From Candidatus Dormiibacterota bacterium (lineage in GTDB: Bacteria; Chloroflexota; Dormibacteria; Aeolococcales; Aeolococcaceae): a DNA stretch of 64,000 bases. Of this stretch, positions 11,568 to 20,566 are shown piece after piece (the stretch's first letter is position 1; the number at the start of each line of letters is the position of its first letter). The notes below the pieces were generated by a model. That model ran no database searches. It had not been told where the DNA came from and saw nothing but the letters and a program-made list of their open reading frames with translations. Both the position numbers and the translations under genes were made by a program. Location of the stretch: NCBI GenBank assembly GCA_963777445.1, contig CAVZQR010000017.1, positions 197,226 to 261,225 of the forward strand, written 5' to 3'.

Positions 11568-12206
11568 TCACGCAGACTGGTTGGCCGCGAGCCTCCCTGG
11601 ATCGAACCGCTTGGTCCGCACCGCATAACCGGTGAAGAGCGCAGCACCCACGCCCATCACACCGACGAGCCAACCACCGCCAGTCGGTGGCAGCGGGCTG
11701 CCGGCAGAGAGGAGCGCCGCCGTGGTGGTCGCGGTCTTCGAGCAGGTGATCCGAATCACGGTGTGATGGCTGGCCTTCTCGCCCTTCTCAGTCGCAGTGA
11801 TGGTTGCCAAACCGCAGTACTTGCCGCTGGCCTGGAATGTGCCAAACGCCTTGTCGTTCTTCCCGATGACGGCGCACGAGTCGGCTCCGGTCCCGACTGA
11901 ACCGGCCTTGGCAGGGCTGACGCTGAAGCACACGTGCTGCCCGGCCAAGTCCTTTCCGCCCTTGACGTGCTGGTCAACAAAGGTCACCCGGCATTGGCCG
12001 TGGTCTTCGGCCACGTGGCCGGGACTGCAGTCCACCCGCTCGTGCTTGTGGGGCTTCGAGGAGGTCTGGGGGGTCGCGGCAACGGCCGTGAGAGCGGTGG
12101 TTCCCTGGGATGCAGCGAACACGTTAACGCTCCCCAGTGACAGTGTGAGAAAGCCTCCGGCCACGATAATGGGGGCCAGGAGGGCGGTACGTGCCGCTCG
12201 CATCAT
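11568..12206 (-). CDS. Sortase-anchored (LPXTG) surface protein with a Cys-rich Ig-like body
   Basis: Signal peptide MMRAARTALLAPIIVAGGFLTLSLGSVNVFA. The C-terminal sorting signal is LPPTG + GGWLVGVMGVGAALFTGYAV + RTKR. The body (CRVTFVDQHV...GQHVCFSVSP...ATITATEKG) looks like a bacterial Ig-like (Big_1-type) domain with six Cys. Confidence 0.75.
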   Translation of the reverse strand: MMRAARTALLAPIIVAGGFLTLSLGSVNVFAASQGTTALTAVAATPQTSSKPHKHERVDCSPGHVAEDHGQCRVTFVDQHVKGGKDLAGQHVCFSVSPAKAGSVGTGADSCAVIGKNDKAFGTFQASGKYCGLATITATEKGEKASHHTVIRITCSKTATTTAALLSAGSPLPPTGGGWLVGVMGVGAALFTGYAVRTKRFDPGRLAANQSA

Positions 12207-12393
12207 CTTGAGTCCCGACCCTCCTGTGAGCCTTCCAGCGGTTAGTCCCGCAGGATAACAGGCGCGTCCACAAATGTGCAATCCGCGCAGACATCTCGGG
12301 GGAAACGAGGGGTCGCGACATCTGCTAGGCTCTCGCCCGCGCGGGCCACGCGGCCGTCATTCTGGACAGCAAACTCGCGAAGAGGGTGGCTCA

Positions 12394-15300
12394 ATGACGC
12401 CGGGGCTGGAAGGGACCAGGATCGCGCGGTGCTCTGTGGGAGCTCTTGGCGTTGCGCTTTTGGCGAGTGGGCTCACGTTCGTCAGCCCAGTGACGGTAGC
12501 GGCAGGCGCCTCGTTGACCTGGGCGGCGCCGGTACGGGTCGATAACCAGCCGCAATTCTCCGGCCCCTTCTATTACAGCGTGTCGTGCCCGAGCACGGGG
12601 TTCTGCGCTGCGGTCTCGGACGGGGGCGACGTGATCACCTCCGCCAACCCAACCGGAGGGGCGTCGGCCTGGACGGTCACTCATATCGATGGGACGAGTC
12701 AGACGCTGTTCGGCGTGTCCTGCACCAATAGCGGTCTCTGCGTCGCCGTCGGCGACGGGGGCGACTTGGTGACCTCCACCGACCCGACTGGTGGCGCGTC
12801 GGCCTGGGCGCTCAACTACGTCGATGTCCACGGCCTTAAGGGCGTGTCCTGCCTGACAAGCGGCCTGTGCGTCGCGGTGGACGACGCCGGGAACGTGGTC
12901 ACCTCCACCAACCCCATGGGCGGAGCGTCGGCCTGGACGCTCGCGAACGTGGACGGCACACATGCTCTGGCCGCCGTGTCCTGCCCCACCGCGACCCTCT
13001 GTGTCGCCACCGACGACGCCGGCAACGTGGTCACCTCCACCAACCCCACTGGCGGTGCGTCGGCCTGGACGGTGTCCAACGTCGACGGCACGAACAAGGT
13101 CACCGGGGTGTCCTGTCCCAGCAGCTCCTTCTGCGTCGCCGTGGACGGCAACGGCAACGTGGTCACCTCCACCAATCCGACCGGTGGAGCGACAGACTGG
13201 ACGCCCGCCAACGTGAATGGCACGAATCTCATCTACGGGATCTCCTGTTTCAGCGCGACCCTCTGCGTTGCGGGTGAGATCAGCGGCCAGATCCTGACGT
13301 CCACCAACCCGACCGGCGGCCCGTCGGCCTGGACAGGGTTCGACGCCAACACCAAGGGCGAATCCGTCATCGGGGTGTCCTGTCCGAGCAGCAGCCTGTG
13401 CGTTGCGGCGGACTTTGTGGGCGATGTGCTCACCTCCACCAACCCCACGGGGGGTAGCGGGTCCTGGACCACGGCAACCGTCAACGGCACCGACCACCTG
13501 GGCACGGTGTCGTGTCCCAGCAGCAGCCTCTGCGTCGCGGGAGATGGCAGCGGCAACGTGGTGACCTCCACCAACCCAACCGGCGGAGCCGGAGCCTGGA
13601 CGGTCACCAATGTGGACGGCTCGCCCAAACTCCTCGGGCTGCAAGGCTTGTCGTGTCCCACGGCCAGTCTCTGCGTCGCAGTTGACGACAACGGCAACGT
13701 GGTCACCTCAACCAACCCAGCCGGGGGTGCATCGGCTTGGACCGTGACCAACGTCGACGGCTCCAATGACATGCGCGCGGTGTCGTGTCCCACAGCCACG
13801 CTTTGCGTCGCCTCGGACAGCCAGGGCAACGTGATCACCTCCACCAACCCGACCGGCGGCGCCGGGGCGTGGACGGTGGCGAACGTGGACGGGTCCAACA
13901 CACTGTGGTCCATCTCGTGTCCCACAACCAGCCTCTGTGTCGCGGTTGACACCACGCAGGGTGGTGACGTCGTGACCTCCACCAACCCCACCGGGGGGGC
14001 GGCAGCATGGACCGTCTCCTCCACCCTGGGCCTCAAGGGCCCAGGTGTTGCCGGCGTTTCCTGTCCCAGCACCACCCTCTGCGTGGGCGTGGCGGCCGAC
14101 TCCGTCGTGACCTCGAGTAATCCCACAGGCGGAGCATCTGCATGGCAGGTTACCCCGAGCGTGGACAACTCCAACGGTGGTATGGACGGCATCTCCTGTC
14201 CGAGCAGTGGGTTCTGCGTCGCCGTCGACACGAGCGGCAACGTGGTCACGTCCAGCAACCCTGCGGGTGGGGCGGCGGCCTGGACGCGGACCAACGTGGA
14301 TGGCTCCACCGGTGATCTGATGGGCGTGTCCTGTCCGAGCACTGGTCTCTGCGTCGCGGTGGACAACATCAGCGGCAACGTGGTCACCGGGAGTGCAGTT
14401 GGTCCACGCGCATTCACCGCCTATGTGACCAACGCCAGTTCCGGCAGCCTGAGCCCGATTGACACATCGACCAATATCGCGGGCACCACAATCCCGGCGG
14501 GCTCCGGCCCATCCGCAATCGCCATCACACCGGACGGCAAGACCGCATACGTGACGAACCCCGCCGGTGACGTCGTCACCCCGGTCGATCTGGCCACCAA
14601 CGCCGCCGGAAGCCCGATCACAGTCGGCACGAGGCCATACGGCGTCGCCATCACGCCCGACGGAAAGACCGCGTACGTCAGCAACGCCACCTCCAACAAT
14701 GTCATTCCCATCAGCATCGCCACCAACACCGCCGGCAGTGCCATCGGGGTTGGCACCACGCCATACGGCATCGCGGTCACGCCCGACGGCAAGACCGCCT
14801 TTGTCGCAAATTACGGGTCGAATACGGTGACTCCGATCACTGTCGCCACCAACACCCCCGGCGGTGCCATCACCGTGGGTCAGGGACCGATCGGCATCGC
14901 AATCACCCCGAACGGCAAGACCGTGTACGTGGCCAATTACAACGCAGATTCGGTGACCCCGATCGACGTTGCGACCGGCCTTGCCGGAGCCGCGATCAAC
15001 GTGGGCGCATATCCCTATGCCATTGCCGTCACTCCGGACGGCGTGACCGCCTACGTCGCCAATCGTGGCGGCGCGAACGTCACCCCGATCAATGTGGCCA
15101 CCGACACCGCGGGCAGCGCCATCACCGTTGGTGCCCAGCCCTTCGCGATCGCGATCACCCCAGACGGCACGACTGCCTATGTTGTCAACGAGCTCTCGGA
15201 CACCGTCACCCCGATTACCGTCGCAACGAATACCCCCGGCACCGCCATCCCGGTGGGCGTGAATCCGTCAGGCATCGCCATCACCCCGGACGAGGCCCCG

Positions 15301-17817
15301 GTGGCAGCGATGTCGGTGACTCCGGCTCAGGCGGGCTCGCCGACCGGATTTGACGCCGCCGCATCGACCGTGGCGTACGGAACCATCACCTCGTACGCCT
15401 GGAACTTCGGCGACACGACCACGACCACGACGGCCACACCGACCACCACGCACACGTACGCGGCCTCCGGCAACTACACCGCGAGCGTCACCGAGACCGA
15501 CTCAACCGGAACGTCGACGGCGCAGGTGTTCACCGGGCAGACGGTGAGCCGCAACGGCGGTCCTGGCGCAACCGCAACCCGGGCGTTCACGGTCCCGGCG
15601 GTGCCGCTTCCGTTGAAATGGGCTGCCCCCGTGCCTGTCGACATCCACCCCACGTACGGGGACCCCAACTTCTTGACTGGCGTGTCCTGCCCCACCGCGA
15701 CCCTCTGCGTCGGGGTTGACCAGTCCAGCAATGTCGTGACGTCCACAAGCCCAACCGGAAGCGCGACGGCCTGGAAGGTGACCAATGTGGACAGTGGCAA
15801 CCTCTCCCTGACCGGGGTCTCCTGTCCCAGCGCGACCCTCTGCGTCGCGACTGACGGTCCCGGCGGCAACGTGCGGGGCAACGTGGTGACCTCCACCAAC
15901 CCAACCGGTGGGGCGTCGGCGTGGAAGGCGGCACAGGTGGATGCCATCAACACCATCCTCAACGGCGTGTCCTGCCCCACCACGACCCTCTGCGTGGCCG
16001 GCGACCAGAACGGCAATGTGCTGACATCCATCAAACCCACCGGTGGAGCGGCCTCCTGGAAGATCACTCACCTTGACGGTACCAACAGCATCACCGGCGT
16101 CTCGTGTCCCAGCGCCACGCTGTGCGTCGCCGTCGACAACGTCGGTGACGTGCTGACCTCCACCAAGCCCACGAGTGGGGCCGCGGGCTGGACGGTGACC
16201 CCCGTGGACAGCCTGAATAGCCTGAGCGGTGTGTCGTGCCCGAGCGCGACACTCTGCGTCCTCGCGGACGGCGCCGGCAACGTCGTGACGTCGGCGAAAC
16301 CCACGGGCGGCGCCATCGCCTGGACGCGGTCGGCCGTGGACCCTGGCAACGCGATGTCAGGCGTGTCGTGTCTGAGCACGGGACTCTGCGTCGCCATTGA
16401 CAGCTCGGGCGACGCGATCACCTCGACCAACCCCACGGGCGGGGTGCCGGCCTGGACGGTGAACCAGGTCGACACCAGGACCCAGACGCTGACGGGCGTG
16501 GTCTGTCACAGCGCAACCCTCTGCGTCGCCGTGGACGGCGCCGGAGACGTGGTCACCTCCACCAACCCAACCGGCGGCGGGGCAGCCTGGAATGTGACCA
16601 ACGTTGACGGTCTCACCGACGTGACCGATGTGTCCTGTGTCACCCCCAGTCTCTGCGTCGCGGTGGACGATGCGGGCAACGTGGTCACCTCCACCAACCC
16701 CACTGGTGGCGTGTCGGCGTGGAAGGTCACCCATGTGGACCTCGGCAGCCCCACCAATCCGTTGACCGGCGTGGCCTGCCCGAGCGCCTCGCTGTGCGTG
16801 GCGACCGATGGTCCCGGCCCCGGGGGTGGCAACGTGGTCACCTCCACGAATCCAACTGGCGGGGCATCGGCCTGGACGGTGAGCAATATCGATGGGACCA
16901 CCCTGCTCACGGGCGTGTCGTGTCCGACCATCAATCTCTGTGTCGCGGTGGACACCCAGGGCAATGTGCTCACCTCGACCAACCCGGCCGGTGGGACGTC
17001 CGCGTGGGTCGCGAGCAACGTGGACGGGTCGGTCCCGCTGAGCGGCGTGTCCTGTCCAAGCGCCGGCCTGTGCGTTGCCGTCGACGCCAACGGTGACGTG
17101 CTCACGTCAACCGACCCGACCGGGTTTGCAACGTGGACGGTCGCCGGCGTCGACGGCGCCGGGCCCCTGGTGGGCGTGACCTGCCCCGGTACCGGTCTCT
17201 GTGTCGCGACCGACGGTGCCGGCGACGTGGTCACATCGACAAACCCGAACGGCGGGGTGGCGGCGTGGAATGTGGCGAACGTCGATGGCACGCAGTCGCT
17301 GATGGGTGCGTCATGCGCCAGCGCGAGCTTCTGCGTCGTCCTGGACCAGGGCGGCAACGTGCTCACCTCCAGCAACCCCACCGGTGGGCCGTCGGCCTGG
17401 ACGACGACCTTCGTCGACGGCGCTCTCGGCTCCTACGGCTTCCCGGAGGGCGTGTCGTGTCCGAGCAGCGCGCTCTGCGTCTTCGGTGATACCCGAGGCA
17501 ACCTGGTGACCGGTACTGGCACGGTGACCAGCAGCATCACCGTCACCGCGCCGTCGACCGGCACGTCCTGGGTGCGTGGAACCTCCCATCCGATCACATG
17601 GTCGTCCGCGGGAAGCCCCGGAGCGCACGTGAAAATCCAGCTTCTCAAGGCCGGGAAGGTCGTGTCGACAATCGTTTCCTCGGTGCTGACGTCGGCCGGC
17701 ACCTTCACGTGGAAGATTCCCGCTGCGCTCGCTCTCGCCACCACGTATCAGATCAAGATCGTGTCGACCACGACCACCTCGATCTTCGGGCTCTCAGGCT
17801 ACTTCTCTGTCACCTGA
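12394..17817 (+). CDS. Giant secreted multi-propeller protein: signal peptide - 14 Cys-x5-Cys blades - 7 YVTN blades - PKD - 14 Cys-x5-Cys blades - C-terminal Ig-like (Kre9/KNH-like) domain
   Basis: Uninterrupted 5.4-kb frame. The start was chosen at ATG 12394 (MTPGLEGTRIARCSVGALGVALLASGLTFVSPVTVAAG) behind GAGGGTGG. Repeat consensus is VSCPSxxLCVAVDxxGNVVTSTNPTGGASAWTVxNVDGxxxLxG. YVTN units read ...ITPDGKTAYV(T/A)N. PKD domain is SYAWNFGD...HTYAASGNYTASVTETD. C-terminus is ITVTAPSTGTSWVRGTSHPITWSS...TYQIKIVS. Confidence 0.9.
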   Translation: MTPGLEGTRIARCSVGALGVALLASGLTFVSPVTVAAGASLTWAAPVRVDNQPQFSGPFYYSVSCPSTGFCAAVSDGGDVITSANPTGGASAWTVTHIDGTSQTLFGVSCTNSGLCVAVGDGGDLVTSTDPTGGASAWALNYVDVHGLKGVSCLTSGLCVAVDDAGNVVTSTNPMGGASAWTLANVDGTHALAAVSCPTATLCVATDDAGNVVTSTNPTGGASAWTVSNVDGTNKVTGVSCPSSSFCVAVDGNGNVVTSTNPTGGATDWTPANVNGTNLIYGISCFSATLCVAGEISGQILTSTNPTGGPSAWTGFDANTKGESVIGVSCPSSSLCVAADFVGDVLTSTNPTGGSGSWTTATVNGTDHLGTVSCPSSSLCVAGDGSGNVVTSTNPTGGAGAWTVTNVDGSPKLLGLQGLSCPTASLCVAVDDNGNVVTSTNPAGGASAWTVTNVDGSNDMRAVSCPTATLCVASDSQGNVITSTNPTGGAGAWTVANVDGSNTLWSISCPTTSLCVAVDTTQGGDVVTSTNPTGGAAAWTVSSTLGLKGPGVAGVSCPSTTLCVGVAADSVVTSSNPTGGASAWQVTPSVDNSNGGMDGISCPSSGFCVAVDTSGNVVTSSNPAGGAAAWTRTNVDGSTGDLMGVSCPSTGLCVAVDNISGNVVTGSAVGPRAFTAYVTNASSGSLSPIDTSTNIAGTTIPAGSGPSAIAITPDGKTAYVTNPAGDVVTPVDLATNAAGSPITVGTRPYGVAITPDGKTAYVSNATSNNVIPISIATNTAGSAIGVGTTPYGIAVTPDGKTAFVANYGSNTVTPITVATNTPGGAITVGQGPIGIAITPNGKTVYVANYNADSVTPIDVATGLAGAAINVGAYPYAIAVTPDGVTAYVANRGGANVTPINVATDTAGSAITVGAQPFAIAITPDGTTAYVVNELSDTVTPITVATNTPGTAIPVGVNPSGIAITPDEAPVAAMSVTPAQAGSPTGFDAAASTVAYGTITSYAWNFGDTTTTTTATPTTTHTYAASGNYTASVTETDSTGTSTAQVFTGQTVSRNGGPGATATRAFTVPAVPLPLKWAAPVPVDIHPTYGDPNFLTGVSCPTATLCVGVDQSSNVVTSTSPTGSATAWKVTNVDSGNLSLTGVSCPSATLCVATDGPGGNVRGNVVTSTNPTGGASAWKAAQVDAINTILNGVSCPTTTLCVAGDQNGNVLTSIKPTGGAASWKITHLDGTNSITGVSCPSATLCVAVDNVGDVLTSTKPTSGAAGWTVTPVDSLNSLSGVSCPSATLCVLADGAGNVVTSAKPTGGAIAWTRSAVDPGNAMSGVSCLSTGLCVAIDSSGDAITSTNPTGGVPAWTVNQVDTRTQTLTGVVCHSATLCVAVDGAGDVVTSTNPTGGGAAWNVTNVDGLTDVTDVSCVTPSLCVAVDDAGNVVTSTNPTGGVSAWKVTHVDLGSPTNPLTGVACPSASLCVATDGPGPGGGNVVTSTNPTGGASAWTVSNIDGTTLLTGVSCPTINLCVAVDTQGNVLTSTNPAGGTSAWVASNVDGSVPLSGVSCPSAGLCVAVDANGDVLTSTDPTGFATWTVAGVDGAGPLVGVTCPGTGLCVATDGAGDVVTSTNPNGGVAAWNVANVDGTQSLMGASCASASFCVVLDQGGNVLTSSNPTGGPSAWTTTFVDGALGSYGFPEGVSCPSSALCVFGDTRGNLVTGTGTVTSSITVTAPSTGTSWVRGTSHPITWSSAGSPGAHVKIQLLKAGKVVSTIVSSVLTSAGTFTWKIPAALALATTYQIKIVSTTTTSIFGLSGYFSVT
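12571..14400 (+). repeat. Coding tandem array 1: 14 units of ~126-141 bp (42-47 aa Cys-x5-Cys blades)
   Basis: I counted 14 consecutive units, each starting (V/I/L)SC and containing TS(T/S)NP(T/A)GG. The core gtggtcacctccaccaaccc recurs many times. The array is preceded by the lead-in LTWAAPVRVD. Confidence 0.85.
14401..15294 (+). repeat. Coding array of 7 YVTN-family beta-propeller units (~43 aa each)
   Basis: Seven repeats of the form xVTPIxVATNTAGxxIxVGxxPxGIAITPDGKTAYVxN. Confidence 0.85.
15295..15606 (+). other. PKD domain segment of the giant protein
   Basis: SPTGFDAAASTVAYGTITSYAWNFGDTTTTTTATPTTTHTYAASGNYTASVTETDSTGTS matches the PKD WxFGDG...HxY...G.Y.V.L.V.D pattern. Confidence 0.75.
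15669..17520 (+). repeat. Coding tandem array 2: second set of 14 Cys-x5-Cys blade units
   Basis: 14 units counted. The array is preceded by LKWAAPVPVD, the same lead-in as array 1, and ends GNLVTGTG (array 1 ends GNVVTGS). This indicates duplication of the whole module. Confidence 0.85.
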
Positions 17818-17849
17818 GCCGGTGGCGGCCGGGGCGGCGGCGGTCCCGG

Positions 17850-18923
17850 TCAGCCTGGACCGGCTCCAACCGCGTCCTCTGCCCGAGGCATCTCGAACCG
17901 GAACAGCGACGCGCCGGTCAGGTTGTAGCGGCGCCGGGCGAAGAGGTAGCAGACCCAGCCGATGACGGTGTTCACGCCCTTGTCGGCCAGGCGCTGGATC
18001 ACCGAGATCGCGGTCGCGATATCGAAGCTGATGCCGAGCAGGACGAGCAGCCCCGCGGTGCTCGCCTCCACGGCGCCGAGGCCTCCCGGCGAGAAGCTCA
18101 GCCACGCCGCCCCCTGGGTCACCGCATAGACAAAGCCGGCGCTCGTCCAGCTCAGCTTGCCGGGGTCGACCGCCTCCGCGACCGCCCAGAGCAGGCTCAC
18201 CGCCATGACCGCCTGGGCAACGCTCAACGGCAGGTATCGATACGTGTCGGGATGCCGGAAGAGCACCCGCGTGTCGCGTTGCAGGTCGTCCACCGCGGGG
18301 CGGATCCGCTTGAGCACCGGAACCCGCCCGATGATGCGGCGCACCCGCGCGTACAGCCGCTCGACGGTGAGGATCGCCACGATCGCGACCACGAAGAGCA
18401 TCGGCACGATCACCGCGATGGCGATGAGATGCATGCCCAGCGCCCGGGGGAGTGCGAGCGCGAAGAGCATGAACACGAACAGCAATTCCTGCACGGTCTC
18501 ACTGGCCACCACGGAGCCGAGATGCACCGACGCCGCTTTGGCCAGGAGCAGCGCTCGGGTCAGCTCGCCGAGCGGCAGCAGCGCCGTCGCCTGCCCGGTC
18601 TCGGTGAGAAACACCGTGTCCAGCAAGGGGAATTTGATGCCGAGCGCGCGGTTGAGCGTCCACCAGCGCACCCCCTGGACGATGTAGAAGCCGACCGCCA
18701 GCGCGACGACAATCGGAATGTAGACGAGGTTGAATCGCTGGAATGCAATCCCGATCTTGTGAGGATCCGCATACACGAGCAGCGCCGCGATCGCCCCGAG
18801 GGCGAGCAGCAGCGGGAGATACGCCAGCCAGCGCCGCCACGAGCGGCGCGCAACATTGGACGCATCCTGATCCTGCCCGGCTCGCGAGCGTGGCTCGTCG
18901 GGACGGGCAGCCTCCGTCACCAC
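17850..18923 (-). CDS. UPF0104 / lysyl-phosphatidylglycerol-synthase-TM-like (flippase-like) membrane protein
   Basis: 357-aa polytopic protein: ...LLLALGAIAALLVYADPHKIGIAFQRFNLVYIPIVVALAVGFYIVQGVRWWTLNRALG...SPGGLGAVEASTAGLL. This is the typical UPF0104 layout. Confidence 0.75.
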   Translation of the reverse strand: MVTEAARPDEPRSRAGQDQDASNVARRSWRRWLAYLPLLLALGAIAALLVYADPHKIGIAFQRFNLVYIPIVVALAVGFYIVQGVRWWTLNRALGIKFPLLDTVFLTETGQATALLPLGELTRALLLAKAASVHLGSVVASETVQELLFVFMLFALALPRALGMHLIAIAVIVPMLFVVAIVAILTVERLYARVRRIIGRVPVLKRIRPAVDDLQRDTRVLFRHPDTYRYLPLSVAQAVMAVSLLWAVAEAVDPGKLSWTSAGFVYAVTQGAAWLSFSPGGLGAVEASTAGLLVLLGISFDIATAISVIQRLADKGVNTVIGWVCYLFARRRYNLTGASLFRFEMPRAEDAVGAGPG

Positions 18924-18953
18924 GCAACCGATGGTATGCGCAGTGGCCGCAAT

Positions 18954-19835
18954 TCAGTCCGGCGGCGAGCCTCCGGGCCAGGGCAGCGCCGCGAAGCCGA
19001 TCGTCCCCGGCCCCGTGTGCGCGCCGAAGATCGGGCTCAGCGCGAGGCTCTCGCAGCGCACCGCGTGCACCGCCTGCTGGAGATGTTCCGCCAGCTCGGC
19101 GGCCTCGTCGGGCGCGTCCGCATGGAAGACCATCAGCCACTGGGGGCCGGGGCCAAGCTCGTCGACGGCGACGCGCTCCAGTTGGCGGATCGCGCCACCG
19201 GCGGTGCGGGTGAGGGCCACCCTGCCGGTGTTCCCGCCCTCGACGAGCCGGAAGACGGGACGGACCCGGAGCGTATTGGAGATGCCCGCAAGCAGCGCCG
19301 GCACCCGCCCGGTGCGGGCCACATAGGTCAGGGTGGCCAGGGCTCCGTAGACGCGGACCTGGTCGCACGCCGCACGGACCGCCGCCGTCCAGGCCTCCGC
19401 GTCGGGCGCCGTCTCGGCGAGGTACGCGGCGCAGCGGGCGATCAGCGAATACCCCGCCACGGCCGTGCCGGTATCGATGACCGTGACCCGGCGCCGGCCC
19501 TCCTCCGCCTCGAGCATCCCGGCGGCGAGGTTCGCCGTCGAGTGCATCGCGCTCCAGCGCTCGGGGATCGTGAGGCAGAGCACGGTCTCGGCATCGCACC
19601 GCCGGAAGGCCTCGAGGTACGCGCCCGGCGATGGCGTCGAGGTCGCGGTCGCCCCGCCGCCGCGGAGGAGCGTGTAGAAGGCCGCGTACGCCTCGGTGTT
19701 CCCGTCATCGACGAACTCGCGGGCTCCGACCGTGATGCGCTGGGGCACCACGGCGACGCCGCGCTCCAGGTCCTCCTGCAGCGCGGCACCGCCGTCGACG
19801 ACGAGCGCTCGATCCCTCAACGTCCTCTCCCGCAC
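18954..19835 (-). CDS. DegV-family fatty-acid-binding protein
   Basis: ALVVDGGAALQEDLERGVAVVPQRITVGAREFVDDG...STPSPGAYLEAF...VLCLTIPERWSAMHSTANLAA...VTVIDTGTAVAGYSLI follows the DegV pattern. The start was taken at GTG 19835; the ORF-track ATG at 19949 would run into plsY. Confidence 0.75.
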   Translation of the reverse strand: MRERTLRDRALVVDGGAALQEDLERGVAVVPQRITVGAREFVDDGNTEAYAAFYTLLRGGGATATSTPSPGAYLEAFRRCDAETVLCLTIPERWSAMHSTANLAAGMLEAEEGRRRVTVIDTGTAVAGYSLIARCAAYLAETAPDAEAWTAAVRAACDQVRVYGALATLTYVARTGRVPALLAGISNTLRVRPVFRLVEGGNTGRVALTRTAGGAIRQLERVAVDELGPGPQWLMVFHADAPDEAAELAEHLQQAVHAVRCESLALSPIFGAHTGPGTIGFAALPWPGGSPPD

Positions 19836-19859
19836 CCAAGCCGCATGATTGGCGGAATC

Positions 19860-20550
19860 ATGATCTCCCCATGGGTTGTGGCGGCCTGGTGCGTGGCCGC
19901 CTACCTCATCGGCGCGCTGCCGGTCGGGCTGGCTGCTGGTGCGCCGCAAGCGCTACGGGCTCGACCTGCGCAACTTCGGCACCGGCAACATCGGCACCAG
20001 CAACGTGTACCGGCACGCGGGCATCGACATCGCGGTGATCGTCGGCCCGCTCCAGTTCGTCCAGGGATTCGCGCCGGTGCTGGCCTCGCGCCTGCTGGGG
20101 CTGCCGCTGAGTGCGAGCATGCTCATCGGGGTCTGCACGGTGGCCGGCAACGGGTGGCCGGTCTATCTGCGCTTCAACGGCGGGCGCGGGGTGGCGGTCG
20201 CCACCGGGGCCGTGGCGGCGCTCTCCGTCGCCGGGCTGATCGCGCTCCTGATGTGCTTCGCCTGGGGCGCGATTCGCGGCCGGATCGCACTCGCGGTGCT
20301 GGTCGGCTTCGTCCTGCTCCCGGCGGTCGCGTTCGCGTTCGGCGGGTCGGAGGGCTGGATCCTCGGCACTGGTTGCCTGGCGATCCTGGCGCTGCTCCTG
20401 CTCCGTCGCCTCGAGGGGCTCCCCCGCGACGCGCGTGTGTACGGCCACTTCTGGCGGCGCGTGTACCAGCGTCTGGTGTTCGACGAGCGCCCGGGCCGGC
20501 CGCTCATGGGCCCGCGCACCGACCACAACGCGGACTCGCTGCCCCGCTGA
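19860..20550 (+). CDS. plsY: Glycerol-3-phosphate acyltransferase PlsY, one frame change near 19928
   Basis: MISPWVVAAWCVAAYLIGALPVG (frame of ATG 19860, alternative ATG 19845) joins after a 1-nt shift to LLVRRKRYGLDLRNFGTGNIGTSNVYRHAG...NGWPVYLRFNGGRGVAVATG, the PlsY signature (ORF 19876-20550). Confidence 0.85.
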
Positions 20551-20566
20551 CGCGTCTCCTCGACCG

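Noticed and set aside
12391-17381. Long minus-strand ORFs inside the giant gene (12391-13644, 13233-14417, 15474-16067, 16506-17381) that are themselves repetitive (..GLVEVTTLP..STATQR..)
   Set aside because: Their periodicity simply mirrors the sense-strand repeat. There are no start or SD contexts, and the sense frame is uninterrupted for 5.4 kb with a signal peptide and known domains (YVTN, PKD).
12571-17520. Regular ~130-bp DNA periodicity that could be mistaken for a CRISPR array or satellite
   Set aside because: The units are contiguous with no unique spacers, are diverged mostly at synonymous or variable residues, and lie in one open reading frame. They are protein repeats.
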